Positions 1-10,147 of a DNA stretch of 64,000 bases are shown one piece after another (position 1 is the first letter of the stretch; every line of letters begins with the position of its first letter). The stretch is from Bacteroidales bacterium. Its GTDB lineage: Bacteria > Bacteroidota > Bacteroidia > Bacteroidales > UBA12077. The stretch is taken from assembly GCA_019038645.1 (NCBI GenBank), contig JAHOYT010000053.1, forward strand, positions 913 through 64,912. The letters run 5' to 3'. Under the pieces are notes generated by a model that saw nothing but the letters and a program-made list of their open reading frames with translations, was not told the origin of the DNA and did no database searches. The position numbers and the translations under genes are program-made.

Positions 1-1
1 A

Positions 2-625
2 CCAACAAATGCAAAACAAGAAGTTATATTAACTTCTTCCGCCGATACATTGCAATACGCCCTTGGTGCATATCTTGGCCAGTGGATAGTGAAAAATTCT
101 TTCGAAGTAACAAATGCCAATGTGTTTTTAACTGGTATGGATAATGTGTTGAAGAATATGCCTCTTGCAATTCCGGATTCTACCATTACTCCTATTGTTA
201 TGGCATACCAACTTTCTTTACAAAACATAAGAAGTCAACAACTGGAAGAAAGCTTATTTGCTAATTTAAAAGAAAAGACTGGAATTGGTGCATTACCAAA
301 TGGAGTTAATTATATTGTCGTAAAAACAGGTGCAGGAATACGACCAAATATTTCAGATACTGTTGTGTTTAATGCCAAAGGTATTTCCCCGGACGGGACT
401 GTCTTTGAAGATACTTACCAGAAGGAACCAATTACAAATGTGATGTCAAATTTAATTCCCGGTTTAAATGAAGCAATGCAGTTAATGCCTGTTGGTTCAG
501 TATGGAGGGTTTTTATTCCTTCAGCTTTGGCTTATGGTTCTGCTGGATTACCAAACGTAATACCACCAAACACTGCTTTGGTTTTCGATATTACTTTAAT
601 TGAAGTCAGGGAGGCAAAGAAATAA
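2..625 (+). CDS. FKBP-type peptidyl-prolyl cis-trans isomerase (5'-truncated by window edge)
   Basis: The C-terminal FKBP domain is recognisable (VVFNAKGISPDGTVFEDTY ... GSVWRVFIPSALAYGSAGLPNVIPPNTALVFDITLIEV). The frame is open back to base 2, so the TTG at 50 in the ORF track is probably not the true start. Confidence 0.85.
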   Translation, partial: PTNAKQEVILTSSADTLQYALGAYLGQWIVKNSFEVTNANVFLTGMDNVLKNMPLAIPDSTITPIVMAYQLSLQNIRSQQLEESLFANLKEKTGIGALPNGVNYIVVKTGAGIRPNISDTVVFNAKGISPDGTVFEDTYQKEPITNVMSNLIPGLNEAMQLMPVGSVWRVFIPSALAYGSAGLPNVIPPNTALVFDITLIEVREAKK

Positions 626-662
626 ATATAAATTAATTATTGGCGGTTACATAGGCAACTGA

Positions 663-3600
663 ATGAACAACAGAAATAAACATATTAAGCAATCAACAAA
701 AAGAACATTGCGGTCTTTCCTTAAGACAAGCATCATTCTTGGTTGTACGTTAATGTTTATTTCCATAAATAATTTACAGGCCCAGGTTATTAATAACAAT
801 GGTGCGACCATTTCAGTTACTAATGGAGTTGTTGTGAATAGCGACACTCTTGAAAATTCTGTTGGGTTGCTTACAAACGATGGAACAATAAATCTTAGTG
901 CTAGTTACCGAAATGCAGGTACTACAAGTGGTAATGGTATTTATAACATTGCCGGTAACTGGACAAACATCGGAGTATTTAATCCGGGAACCAGTACGGT
1001 TCATTTTAATGGTAGTAATATTCAAACAATAACAAGTACGGGGGGAGAAATTTTTAATAACCTTATTATTAATAATTCAGGTGCTTCTCCAATTAACAGA
1101 ATTATTTTATCGAATAATGTAACTATTTCTGGTACACTTACTTTCAGTCTCGGTAATGTTGAAACAGGTGCGAATAAATTATTTCTTTCAAATCAATCTA
1201 TTGCATCTTTAAACTACACTTCAGTTACCGGAAGCCGTGTTATTGGTCAATTTGAGCGTGGTATTAACACTACAGGGAATTATTTATTTCCTGTTGGATC
1301 AGATGCAGATTATAATCCCTTAAACTTAAACCCAAATGTAGCTCCAGCGCCCGGATCAGTTCTTTCAGAATATATTGCAACCGATCCCGGAGATGCAGGT
1401 TTACCTTTACCTGATGCTGGCTTCCTTAACGCAGCAGATAGTGTTGAAATTTTTCCGGCTTATGATGATGGTTATTGGAGTCTTACTTCAATAGCAGGAT
1501 TCTCAAGTTTAGATTATAATATTAATTTGAATGGATCAGGATTTTTAATTGATGTTACTAAAATTACAAGAATAATTAAACGTCCTGCAGGTGGCGATTG
1601 GATATTAGACGGTACACATAGTGATGCTATTGATACGGTTGCTTATCGAAATAACTTAACTGGTAATATTTTGGGTACTGGAAATCATTATGGTTTTGGA
1701 CATGGTAGACCTAGAATTCAAATTCAACCTCAGGATACAGCAGTTTGTGATGGAGAAAGCGCATCATTCTCTGTAACAGTATCTGGTCGTCCAAATTATA
1801 CGCTCCAATGGCAGGAAAATCAGGGCAGCGGATGGAATGATATTACCAATGGAGGTATTTACTCTGGTGCAACAACATCAACACTGAGCTTATCTGCCAC
1901 TAATCTAACTATGAATTTATACGAATATAGGGTAATAATAACGCATGATCATGGAAATCATAATAATAAAATTAGTGACCCGGCATTGTTAACGGTAAAC
2001 CCAAGACCAGTGGCTTTAGCCACTCCTCAACAAGATACCATATGTAATGGTAGCACAACACATATTGAACTTACAAGCGATGTACCCGGAACAACATTTG
2101 TATTGGAAATCCTAAATCCAACAACAACAATTACTGGAGCATCATTATTATTAGATGGAGATACTATAAAACAAACTTTAACGAATCCTACTTATTTTGC
2201 CGATTCTGTAGTTTATAGAATTGTTCCATACGGACCATTCTCAACAAATTGTGAAGGTACTGCCGACACGGTTATTATTTGGGTAGAACCTACAGTGGAA
2301 ATTAATGCTGTGAATGATACTATCTGTAATGGCGATGCTACAAATATCCTTGTAACAAGTCCAAATACTACTACAAATGGTATAAGATATACCTGGACCG
2401 TAGCTGACAATCCTAACATAACAGGTGAAAGCGGCAGTATTGGAAATGGACAAAATATTGCTACTGCTATCGTACAGAATTTATCTAATAACAGCCTTAC
2501 CGAACAGTTAGTTCAATATGTTATTACTCCATGGACGGTGAATGCCAGCAATAATAATGAATGTACGGATGCCGGAGAAGTAATAACTATTGACATCTGG
2601 GTTGAACCTACAGTACAAATCAATGCTGTAAACGATACCATTTGCGATGGAGATGATACAAATTTAATGGTTACAAGTCCAAATTCAACTACGAATGGTA
2701 TAAGATATACATGGACTGTAACTGATAACCCAAATATCACAGGAGAAAGTAATAGCACCGGAAATGGTCAAAGCATTGGTACGGCAATTATCCAAACATT
2801 AGATAATATTTCTGATAACAAGCAGCTGGTGCAATATGTAATTACTCCATGGACTATTAATGCCAATAACGATAATGAGTGTACTGATGCAGGAGAAATA
2901 ATAATCGTGGATATATGGGTAGAACCTACGCCAATAGTAATTACAACAGTCTTTAAAGATACAATCTGTAACGATACCCGTACACACATTACACTTACAA
3001 CACCAACGATATTAACAACCGGGGTGGTAACATTTAATTATACATCTTCAGCTGACGCCGGCTTAACAGGCAACACAAGCGGAATAACAGGTTTAACAGA
3101 TAGTAATATAATTGAAGATTCATTACACAATGCAACTGCATTACCTGCTATACCACAGGTTGTTAGATATTCGATAACCCCGGTTGCATTATCAACAGGA
3201 TGTGCAAATGGTCCCGTTGTTACAGATTCAATTACAGTTCATCCGACTCCTGATACTTATTTTATCAATGTTGACAGTGTAAGATGTTATCTGGATTCGA
3301 ATGGTCGGGCAACAATTGTAGCTGAAAACGGAATAAATATTTTTACTTATGAATGGAACGATCCTTTAAACCAGACTACAGACCAGGCAACAGGATTATC
3401 CCGAGGAACATATAAGGTAACCGTAACTGATAATCAGGGATGTATAAAAGAAGATTCTGTAGATATAGAAGAGCCATTTAGAATTATTCCGGTAATTGAC
3501 AGTACAAGAAATGTTTCCTGCTATGGAAATGGTGATGGATACGTAAGTGTTGCTCCAACCGGAGGCAATAGTCAGTATTCATATATTTGGAATATTAGTG

Positions 3601-5597
3601 AAACAACCTCATATATTGATGGGCTTAGCGGTGGAATATTTTCTGTTACTGTGACTGATCATAAAGGATGTTCACAGGATACGTTGGTCGAAATTATTGA
3701 ACCAGAATGGATAATCCTAACATTTGATAAAGGGAATGTAGTATGTAACGGTGAAGCCAATGGCTGGGCGGAGGTGACAACCCCGGCAGAATCCTATATG
3801 TGGGATACAGGGGATACAACAGCATTAATTACGGGGCGGTCTTCACGCAGATATTATGTTACGATTGTGGATGCAGGTTCATGTATTGCTACAGGCGATA
3901 TTGAAATAGAAGAACCTGATGAACCATTAACATCTTCAAATGTAAGTACAAAGATTTGGTGTGCCGGAGATGCCAACGGAACAATCGACATTACAGTTGA
4001 AGGAGGTAATGACTATACTGACTATACATACTCTTGGTCAACTTCTGATGGTTCGGGATTAATACCAACAAATGAAGATCAGTCCGGCTTATCAGGAGGA
4101 AATTATTATGTTACTGTAACTGACGACAGAGAATGTGAAGTTTTAGATTCCTCTATTGTTGGTGAACCTCCTACATTTTCATCCGATATTGATTGTGATA
4201 GCGTTACATGTTTTGGAGACGATAACGGATGGATTTCGTTAGATGTTACCGGTGGTAATGGTAGTGATTATACCTATACCTGGAATAGTGAAAGCGGATC
4301 AACATACGCCGATACAGCATACCTTGATAATCTGCTGGCAGACCAATACTATGTTACAATTACGGATTCTCTTTATTGCGAAATTTACGGTACCGCTATT
4401 ATTACTGAACCAGACACGCTTGAAACATTCATTTCTAAAACCAATGTAACTTGTTATAATTATGATAATGGTACTGCAAAAATTACAATTCTTGGAGGTA
4501 ACGGTGGTTATATAATTGATTGGTCAAACGGAGCTACGTTAGACTCTATTTTTGATCTTTCGGCAGGAATATATCAGGTAACAGTTTCTGACTCTAAAGG
4601 ATGTATTTCCACGAATTCTGCAAATATTAATGAGCCAGACCGAATACAGAACAATATGACAACAGAGAATATTAGCTGTTACGGTTTTGGTAATGGTAGA
4701 ATAGTACTAAATCCGACAGGTGGAACTACTCCATATAATTACACATGGAGTCATAATGCTTTTTTAACAGACAATCTCGTCGAGAATCTTATGCCGGGAA
4801 ATTATTCAATATCAGTTTTAGATGATAACAATTGTTTGAGAGTATCAAATACTGATCTTACTCAACCAGATCCACTTGAGGTAACCGTAATGAAAAACGA
4901 TATTACTTGTTATGGTATGGATGATGGTTATATTTCATTAAGTATGTTTGGAGGAACTCCTGAATATACTTATAACTGGTCAGCTGGATTCATGGAATCA
5001 TCAGCAGACATGCTAACAGGAGGATTGTACGAGATAGTAATTACTGATATTCATGACTGTGAGATTGATACTACAGTTGAAATTATTGAACCCGAAAAAT
5101 TAGTAATTAGTCCTGTTATTAAAAGACCAACATGTACTGATATAAGGGATGGATATATTGAATTAAATTTAAGCGGTGGAATTGAGCCTTATTACATATA
5201 TTGGGATAATGGAAGTTCTGATGAAAATCTTTATGATATAAGATCAGGAATTTTTGACTTACTGATAAATGATAATAACCTGTGTGAAATAGACACATCA
5301 TTTATTATCAGAAGTGCACATGATTTCTGTTTTGAAATTCCTTCGGCTTTTAGTCCTAACGGAGATTATATTAACGATACTTGGGAAATGGATTTGCAGG
5401 AATTATATCCTTCTGCCGAAATAGAAATTTTCGACCGGTGGGGAAAAAGAGTATTTTTCTCTAAAGGATATGAAGAATCACAATACTGGGATGGAAAATA
5501 CAATGGAAGAGATCTTCCTATGGATTCCTATTTCTATATTATTTATTTAAGAAACGGTACGGGTCGAATATCAGGAACAGTAACATTATTACGATAA
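663..5597 (+). CDS. Giant T9SS-secreted surface adhesin: signal peptide, four PKD-like repeats, about nine SprB-type repeats, T9SS type-B (gliding-motility-associated) C-terminal sorting domain
   Basis: The N-terminal signal ends in NNLQAQ. The motif C-[YF]-G-x-x-[ND]-G ... GG-x-x-x-Y-x-Y-x-W recurs about nine times. The C-terminus (FSPNGDYINDTWEM ... WDGKYNGRDLPMDSYFYIIYL) is typical of type-B CTDs. Confidence 0.85.
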   Translation: MNNRNKHIKQSTKRTLRSFLKTSIILGCTLMFISINNLQAQVINNNGATISVTNGVVVNSDTLENSVGLLTNDGTINLSASYRNAGTTSGNGIYNIAGNWTNIGVFNPGTSTVHFNGSNIQTITSTGGEIFNNLIINNSGASPINRIILSNNVTISGTLTFSLGNVETGANKLFLSNQSIASLNYTSVTGSRVIGQFERGINTTGNYLFPVGSDADYNPLNLNPNVAPAPGSVLSEYIATDPGDAGLPLPDAGFLNAADSVEIFPAYDDGYWSLTSIAGFSSLDYNINLNGSGFLIDVTKITRIIKRPAGGDWILDGTHSDAIDTVAYRNNLTGNILGTGNHYGFGHGRPRIQIQPQDTAVCDGESASFSVTVSGRPNYTLQWQENQGSGWNDITNGGIYSGATTSTLSLSATNLTMNLYEYRVIITHDHGNHNNKISDPALLTVNPRPVALATPQQDTICNGSTTHIELTSDVPGTTFVLEILNPTTTITGASLLLDGDTIKQTLTNPTYFADSVVYRIVPYGPFSTNCEGTADTVIIWVEPTVEINAVNDTICNGDATNILVTSPNTTTNGIRYTWTVADNPNITGESGSIGNGQNIATAIVQNLSNNSLTEQLVQYVITPWTVNASNNNECTDAGEVITIDIWVEPTVQINAVNDTICDGDDTNLMVTSPNSTTNGIRYTWTVTDNPNITGESNSTGNGQSIGTAIIQTLDNISDNKQLVQYVITPWTINANNDNECTDAGEIIIVDIWVEPTPIVITTVFKDTICNDTRTHITLTTPTILTTGVVTFNYTSSADAGLTGNTSGITGLTDSNIIEDSLHNATALPAIPQVVRYSITPVALSTGCANGPVVTDSITVHPTPDTYFINVDSVRCYLDSNGRATIVAENGINIFTYEWNDPLNQTTDQATGLSRGTYKVTVTDNQGCIKEDSVDIEEPFRIIPVIDSTRNVSCYGNGDGYVSVAPTGGNSQYSYIWNISETTSYIDGLSGGIFSVTVTDHKGCSQDTLVEIIEPEWIILTFDKGNVVCNGEANGWAEVTTPAESYMWDTGDTTALITGRSSRRYYVTIVDAGSCIATGDIEIEEPDEPLTSSNVSTKIWCAGDANGTIDITVEGGNDYTDYTYSWSTSDGSGLIPTNEDQSGLSGGNYYVTVTDDRECEVLDSSIVGEPPTFSSDIDCDSVTCFGDDNGWISLDVTGGNGSDYTYTWNSESGSTYADTAYLDNLLADQYYVTITDSLYCEIYGTAIITEPDTLETFISKTNVTCYNYDNGTAKITILGGNGGYIIDWSNGATLDSIFDLSAGIYQVTVSDSKGCISTNSANINEPDRIQNNMTTENISCYGFGNGRIVLNPTGGTTPYNYTWSHNAFLTDNLVENLMPGNYSISVLDDNNCLRVSNTDLTQPDPLEVTVMKNDITCYGMDDGYISLSMFGGTPEYTYNWSAGFMESSADMLTGGLYEIVITDIHDCEIDTTVEIIEPEKLVISPVIKRPTCTDIRDGYIELNLSGGIEPYYIYWDNGSSDENLYDIRSGIFDLLINDNNLCEIDTSFIIRSAHDFCFEIPSAFSPNGDYINDTWEMDLQELYPSAEIEIFDRWGKRVFFSKGYEESQYWDGKYNGRDLPMDSYFYIIYLRNGTGRISGTVTLLR

Positions 5598-5730
5598 AAT
5601 AAGTTTATTATTTAAATATTTAAAAACATAAATGATTGCAACATCTGGGTTTTATTTTTAAATTTATCGAACCTTTTTTATTTAGAACGTATAAACTAAA
5701 AACTATTAATAATTAGTAAACCTTTATATT

Positions 5731-7470
5731 ATGAGATTCATAAGCATTACTCTATTTCTGATTATTTTCCCTTTCTTTCTGTCAAATTCCATAAAGGCTC
5801 AGGAGCCCCTTAAGCATACAAAAAAAATGTACAAATCGCCCAACGGAAAATTGTATATTAATAAAGATCTGCCAGTCTATTTCAGAATATCTTCATCATC
5901 GGATGAAAATGCAGAATCTTATCTTTTAATGCCAACAGCAGATTCCAAAAAATATGCTAATCCTGCCTATCTTGATACTGAAGGTTATAATACATTCCGT
6001 TCACCCTCGAAAGTAGATACTATTACAAAACGGGTAGTTTATCCTCTTCAGGATATTAAATATGAGGTATATTCCGATAGCAGACCCCCGGCGACAAACT
6101 TCTTATTTGAAAATAAAAAATATCATAAACATGATAATGTTTTCTACTTTGGGGAAAAGATATTTGTAAAATTCAGTGTTAAAGATGCCACATCAGGAGT
6201 TGAAAAAACTTACTATTCAATAAATGGGCTGCCATATAAAGAACTAAACACCGACATAGAGTTAAACGAGGAAAAACTATATGAAATAAAATACTATTCG
6301 GTAGATTTTGTAGGTAATGCCGAAAAACCAAAATCAATCAATATAAAAATTGACCTTACTAAACCTGTTACAAAATTAACTGTAGAACCCGATTTATATA
6401 ATGATATAATTTCGAGACGGTCAAAAATTATTTTAGTTGCCAGTGATGAAAATTCAAAAATTAAAAAGACCGTATTTTCAATTAATGACGGAACTCTTTA
6501 CAATTATGTGCAACCGGTTATTATTTCGGGATTAAACGAAGGGGAGCATACCATAACATACTATTCTTTTGATAATACGAATAACGAGGAAGATAAAAAG
6601 ACATATACTTTTTATCTTGATAAAACTGCTCCGATAATTGTAGATGAATTAATAGGAAATACTTTTATTGCAAACGGAAAAGAATATTCATCGGGACGAA
6701 GCAAAGTTAAACTCACTGCAATGGATAATAAAGCAGGTGTTAAAGAAATTCGTTATTCCATAAATAACAGTGAATTTTTAGAATATACCAAACCTTTTTA
6801 TCTGTCAAAATCAGGAAAATTAAAAATACAGGCATTTGTTACCGATAATGTAAATAATCAGGCTATTAGCACCATAATGACCGATAAATCTAATATATCA
6901 TATGTTGATTTATCGGGCCCTTCTCTCGGTCACAATTTTAGCGGTGCTAAATTTATTTCAAAAGATACGGCGTATATTACAAGTAATACAAAAATACGTC
7001 TTTCAGCAAGCGATCCTTCTTCAGGATCCAAAAGGATAGAATATAGTATTGATAATAAAGAAGTTATTGAGTATACAGGAGCCTTTAATATTAATGAAGA
7101 AGGTGTACATTCAATTACTTATACTGGTTATGATAATGTAGACAATTCGAGCACAAATACCTTTATTTGTGTTGAAGACAATGCCGGTCCGGAAATATTT
7201 TTCCGTTTTAGTATTCTTTCTGAAAAATCAAAAAATATCGACGGAGCGAACTATAGTATTTATCCAAACCATGTTGTTCTCTTTTTATCTTCGACCGATT
7301 CTTCGGTTGGTTTTGACAAGCTTCTTTATTCTGTAAACGGAGCTCCTGACAAAGCATATACAAGCCTGATTACTGGTTTTCAAAAAGATAAAATTTATAA
7401 GATTAATGTCACCTCAGTTGATAAGTTGGGCAATAAAAGTCAGAAAACCATTGAGTTTTATATTGAATAG
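5731..7470 (+). CDS. Secreted protein built of five tandem ~95-aa Ig-like repeats
   Basis: Signal peptide (FFLSNSIKAQ). There are five repeats, each with x-Y-S-I-N/D ... Y-x-x-P ... I-x-Y-Y-S-x-D-x-x-x-N ... T/A/G-P. I am not certain of the family name. Confidence 0.6.
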   Translation: MRFISITLFLIIFPFFLSNSIKAQEPLKHTKKMYKSPNGKLYINKDLPVYFRISSSSDENAESYLLMPTADSKKYANPAYLDTEGYNTFRSPSKVDTITKRVVYPLQDIKYEVYSDSRPPATNFLFENKKYHKHDNVFYFGEKIFVKFSVKDATSGVEKTYYSINGLPYKELNTDIELNEEKLYEIKYYSVDFVGNAEKPKSINIKIDLTKPVTKLTVEPDLYNDIISRRSKIILVASDENSKIKKTVFSINDGTLYNYVQPVIISGLNEGEHTITYYSFDNTNNEEDKKTYTFYLDKTAPIIVDELIGNTFIANGKEYSSGRSKVKLTAMDNKAGVKEIRYSINNSEFLEYTKPFYLSKSGKLKIQAFVTDNVNNQAISTIMTDKSNISYVDLSGPSLGHNFSGAKFISKDTAYITSNTKIRLSASDPSSGSKRIEYSIDNKEVIEYTGAFNINEEGVHSITYTGYDNVDNSSTNTFICVEDNAGPEIFFRFSILSEKSKNIDGANYSIYPNHVVLFLSSTDSSVGFDKLLYSVNGAPDKAYTSLITGFQKDKIYKINVTSVDKLGNKSQKTIEFYIE

Positions 7471-7490
7471 TTCAGTAAATTATCTTTTGT

Positions 7491-9698
7491 ATGATCAAAA
7501 GAATTTGTATTATCCTTTTTCTGATCTCAATTTCTGTAATAAACAATTTTTTATATTCACAGGAACTGGAATCTACTGTACAGAATAATATAGATAAATT
7601 AAAAGCTGATGTCGAAAAGCACAGATCAGAAAATAACTCAATTCAGCAGGCAGCTTCCTTAAATAAAATTGCCTATTTATACTGGGAAAATGAAAGATTT
7701 GAAGAAGCTATATCCTGCTTTACTCAGTCGCTTGAAATAAATAAAGCAAATAAAAATATTAACGGTCTTAAATCTTTGTACTTCAATATTGGCCTTATTT
7801 ATGCCGACAAAGAAGAATATCCAAATGCCCTGACCAATTTTAACGAAGGAATCCGCTTAGCCCGTCAATTAAAACAGAAAGAAGGAATCTACACAGGTCT
7901 TATGAACAAGGCAGGTGTTCTGAAAAACCTTTCAAAAAATCAGGAAGCTATTAACAACATTAAGGAAGCGTTAATTTATGCACAGGAATTTAATAATGTG
8001 AAATTATTAAGAACCTGTTACGGAATGCTTGCAGAAAATTATGAGCTAATTGGCGATTCGGAAAATACAATGAAATACTTTGAATTATTTGCTTCAATTG
8101 ATAAACATATAAAATCCGAACAAATTAAAGATATAGAAGCAAAATCAAACGAACAAGTGCGTGTAGCTCAAAATGAAAAAGTTCAGACAGAACGGGCCCT
8201 GTCTGATAAAACAGATCAACTCCAGGAAACACAGCAAACCCTTAAAGAATCGGAAGAAACAGCACAACAACAAAAGCTCGAACTTGATTTAAAAGAACTT
8301 GCAATAAAAGAAAAAGAAACACAGCTAAAAAATGAGCGGCTTATACGATATGGAATTTCTGTTATTTTTGTTGTTATATTACTGTTTTCAATATTAATAT
8401 ATAAGCAGTTCAGAGCTAAAAAAGCAGCAAACGAAAAACTTGCCGCACAAAATCTTCAGATTAGTAAACAAAAATCAGAAATTGAATCACAACGAGACCT
8501 TGCTAATCAACAAAAAAAGGACATCACAGATAGTATTGAGTACGCAAAACGTATTCAAACAGCTTTATTGCCTCCTTTAAATTTTATTAAAAGAAACCTG
8601 CCGGAACATTTTATTCTATTTAAACCCAGAGATATAGTAAGTGGTGATTTTTACTGGATGATGAATAAAGATGATAAAATAATTATTGCTGCAGCAGATT
8701 GTACCGGTCATGGTGTTCCTGGAGCATTTATGAGTATGCTCGGCACTGCATTCCTAAATGAAATTGTTACAAAAATTGTAGAAAACAAGCATATTTATTC
8801 GTTACAAGCCAATGAAATATTAAACCAGTTAAGAGATTACATTATTAAATCACTTCATCAAACCGGAGCTTTAAATGAATCAAAAGATGGAATTGATATG
8901 GCATTATGTATTATTGATTCCGAAAACCACAAAATGCAGTTTGCCGGAGCACATAATCCTTTATACCTGATAAAGAATAACGAACTAAAAGTTATTAAAG
9001 GAGACAGAATGCCTGTTAGCATTCACCAAAATGCACATAAATCATTTGAGAATCACGAGTTTGACATTGAAGAAGATGACGTTATCTATATTTTTTCTGA
9101 TGGATATTATGATCAGATTGGTGGTCCGCAAAACCGCAAATTCATGTCCAGGAATTTCCAGAATCTTTTATTGGATATTCATAAAAACCCAATGGCTGAC
9201 CAACATCAGATTTTAGATGAAACAATCAAAGAATGGAAAGGTGATAATATTCAGTTAGATGATATATTGGTTATTGGTATAAAACTGGAAGTTGCCAAAA
9301 GAAAAGCAACACCAAAAGAAACTTACGATTGGAGTAAAAAAACTATCTTAATTGCTGAAGATACCGAAATGAATTATTTGTTCCTTGTTGAAGCTTTAAA
9401 ACCTACAGAAGTTCAAATAATCAGAGCAAAAGATGGAGAAGAAGCTATTGAACTTTTCAACAAAAATAATCAAATCGATTTGATATTAATGGACATAAAC
9501 ATGCCTAAATTAGATGGTTTTGAAACAACTAAACGAATTAAGAAAATAAGAAAAGATATTCCAATTATTGCCCAAACAGCATTAAATCTGGAAGATGCAA
9601 GAGAAAAATCAGAAGTGGTTGGTTGTGACGACTTTATTCTAAAACCAATACGACTTAAATTATTTTTGTCTAAATTAGATTCGTATTTAAAATCTTAA
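7491..9698 (+). CDS. TPR - coiled-coil - TM - SpoIIE/PP2C-type protein phosphatase - response-regulator receiver fusion
   Basis: N-terminal signal/TM segment, then TPR-like repeats (AAS-LNKIAYLYWENERFEEAISCF...) and a TM helix (ISVIFVVILLFSILIYKQF). SpoIIE motifs are present (GDFYW, AAADCTGHGVPGAFMS, FSDGYYDQ, DDILVIG). The C-terminal REC domain is ILIAEDTEMN...DLILMDINMPKLDG...K. Confidence 0.85.
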   Translation: MIKRICIILFLISISVINNFLYSQELESTVQNNIDKLKADVEKHRSENNSIQQAASLNKIAYLYWENERFEEAISCFTQSLEINKANKNINGLKSLYFNIGLIYADKEEYPNALTNFNEGIRLARQLKQKEGIYTGLMNKAGVLKNLSKNQEAINNIKEALIYAQEFNNVKLLRTCYGMLAENYELIGDSENTMKYFELFASIDKHIKSEQIKDIEAKSNEQVRVAQNEKVQTERALSDKTDQLQETQQTLKESEETAQQQKLELDLKELAIKEKETQLKNERLIRYGISVIFVVILLFSILIYKQFRAKKAANEKLAAQNLQISKQKSEIESQRDLANQQKKDITDSIEYAKRIQTALLPPLNFIKRNLPEHFILFKPRDIVSGDFYWMMNKDDKIIIAAADCTGHGVPGAFMSMLGTAFLNEIVTKIVENKHIYSLQANEILNQLRDYIIKSLHQTGALNESKDGIDMALCIIDSENHKMQFAGAHNPLYLIKNNELKVIKGDRMPVSIHQNAHKSFENHEFDIEEDDVIYIFSDGYYDQIGGPQNRKFMSRNFQNLLLDIHKNPMADQHQILDETIKEWKGDNIQLDDILVIGIKLEVAKRKATPKETYDWSKKTILIAEDTEMNYLFLVEALKPTEVQIIRAKDGEEAIELFNKNNQIDLILMDINMPKLDGFETTKRIKKIRKDIPIIAQTALNLEDAREKSEVVGCDDFILKPIRLKLFLSKLDSYLKS

Positions 9699-9707
9699 AT
9701 AATACCT

Positions 9708-10097
9708 ATGGATCAATTAAACATCGAAGGAACAGATTCTACTCCAAAAATTCATTTGGATAAAAAATCCGGGAAGTTTGAAATTGCCGGAAGATCATTC
9801 CCCGAAGAAAGCAGAAGTTTTTATGCTCCTTTATTTGACTGGCTTGAGGAATATGCTCAAAATCCAAATGAAGAAACCTTTTTTGAATTTAAACTGGAAT
9901 ATTTCAATTCTTCATCTTCACTTATTATTTTAGAAATCCTGAATTTATTAGATGATATCTATAAAAAAGATAAAAAAGTTACTATTTCCTGGAATCATCT
10001 CGATATTGATGAAGACATGATGGAAGCCGGAGAAGAATACTCTGAACTGGTTAGTCTCCCGTTCGAATATAAGGCCTTGAAAGAAAATGAGTTTTAA
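9708..10097 (+). CDS. DUF1987 / SiaC-like small regulatory (phospho)protein, copy 1
   Basis: 129 aa. The pattern L-x-I-x-G-x-x-x-T-P-x-I-x-x-D ... G-R-S-F-P-E ... F-Y-x-P-x-x-x-W-L-x-x-Y ... EYFNSSSS ... PFEY matches my memory of the DUF1987 family. Confidence 0.75.
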   Translation: MDQLNIEGTDSTPKIHLDKKSGKFEIAGRSFPEESRSFYAPLFDWLEEYAQNPNEETFFEFKLEYFNSSSSLIILEILNLLDDIYKKDKKVTISWNHLDIDEDMMEAGEEYSELVSLPFEYKALKENEF

Positions 10098-10147
10098 TTA
10101 AATGTGAATTTAATCGATAACTGCAGATCGTCGTTAAAAAATCAATT

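Noticed and set aside
2278-2915. Regular ~318-bp DNA repeats that could superficially suggest a repeat array or CRISPR.
   Set aside because: The units are far too long, contiguous with no spacers, and in frame within a coding sequence. They encode homologous protein domains.
647-5301. Many 60-81-aa ORFs on the opposite strand or in alternative frames inside the giant adhesin gene (647..847, 813..1025, 2213..2419, 2241..2453, 2513..2758, 2768..2989, 2799..2987, 4243..4449, 5119..5301).
   Set aside because: All lie fully inside a 1644-aa ORF with clear domain structure. They have low-complexity composition and no recognisable motifs, so they are shadow ORFs.
7406-7588. 60-aa ORF bridging the end of 5731..7470 and the start of the SpoIIE gene. 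Similar internal or antisense ORFs are 9031..9216, 11841..12077, 13854..14063, 14309..14524, 14608..14820, 16384..16599, 17211..17435, 18817..19035 and 19637..19975.
   Set aside because: Each overlaps a much longer, motif-supported gene and has no start context or recognisable domain.
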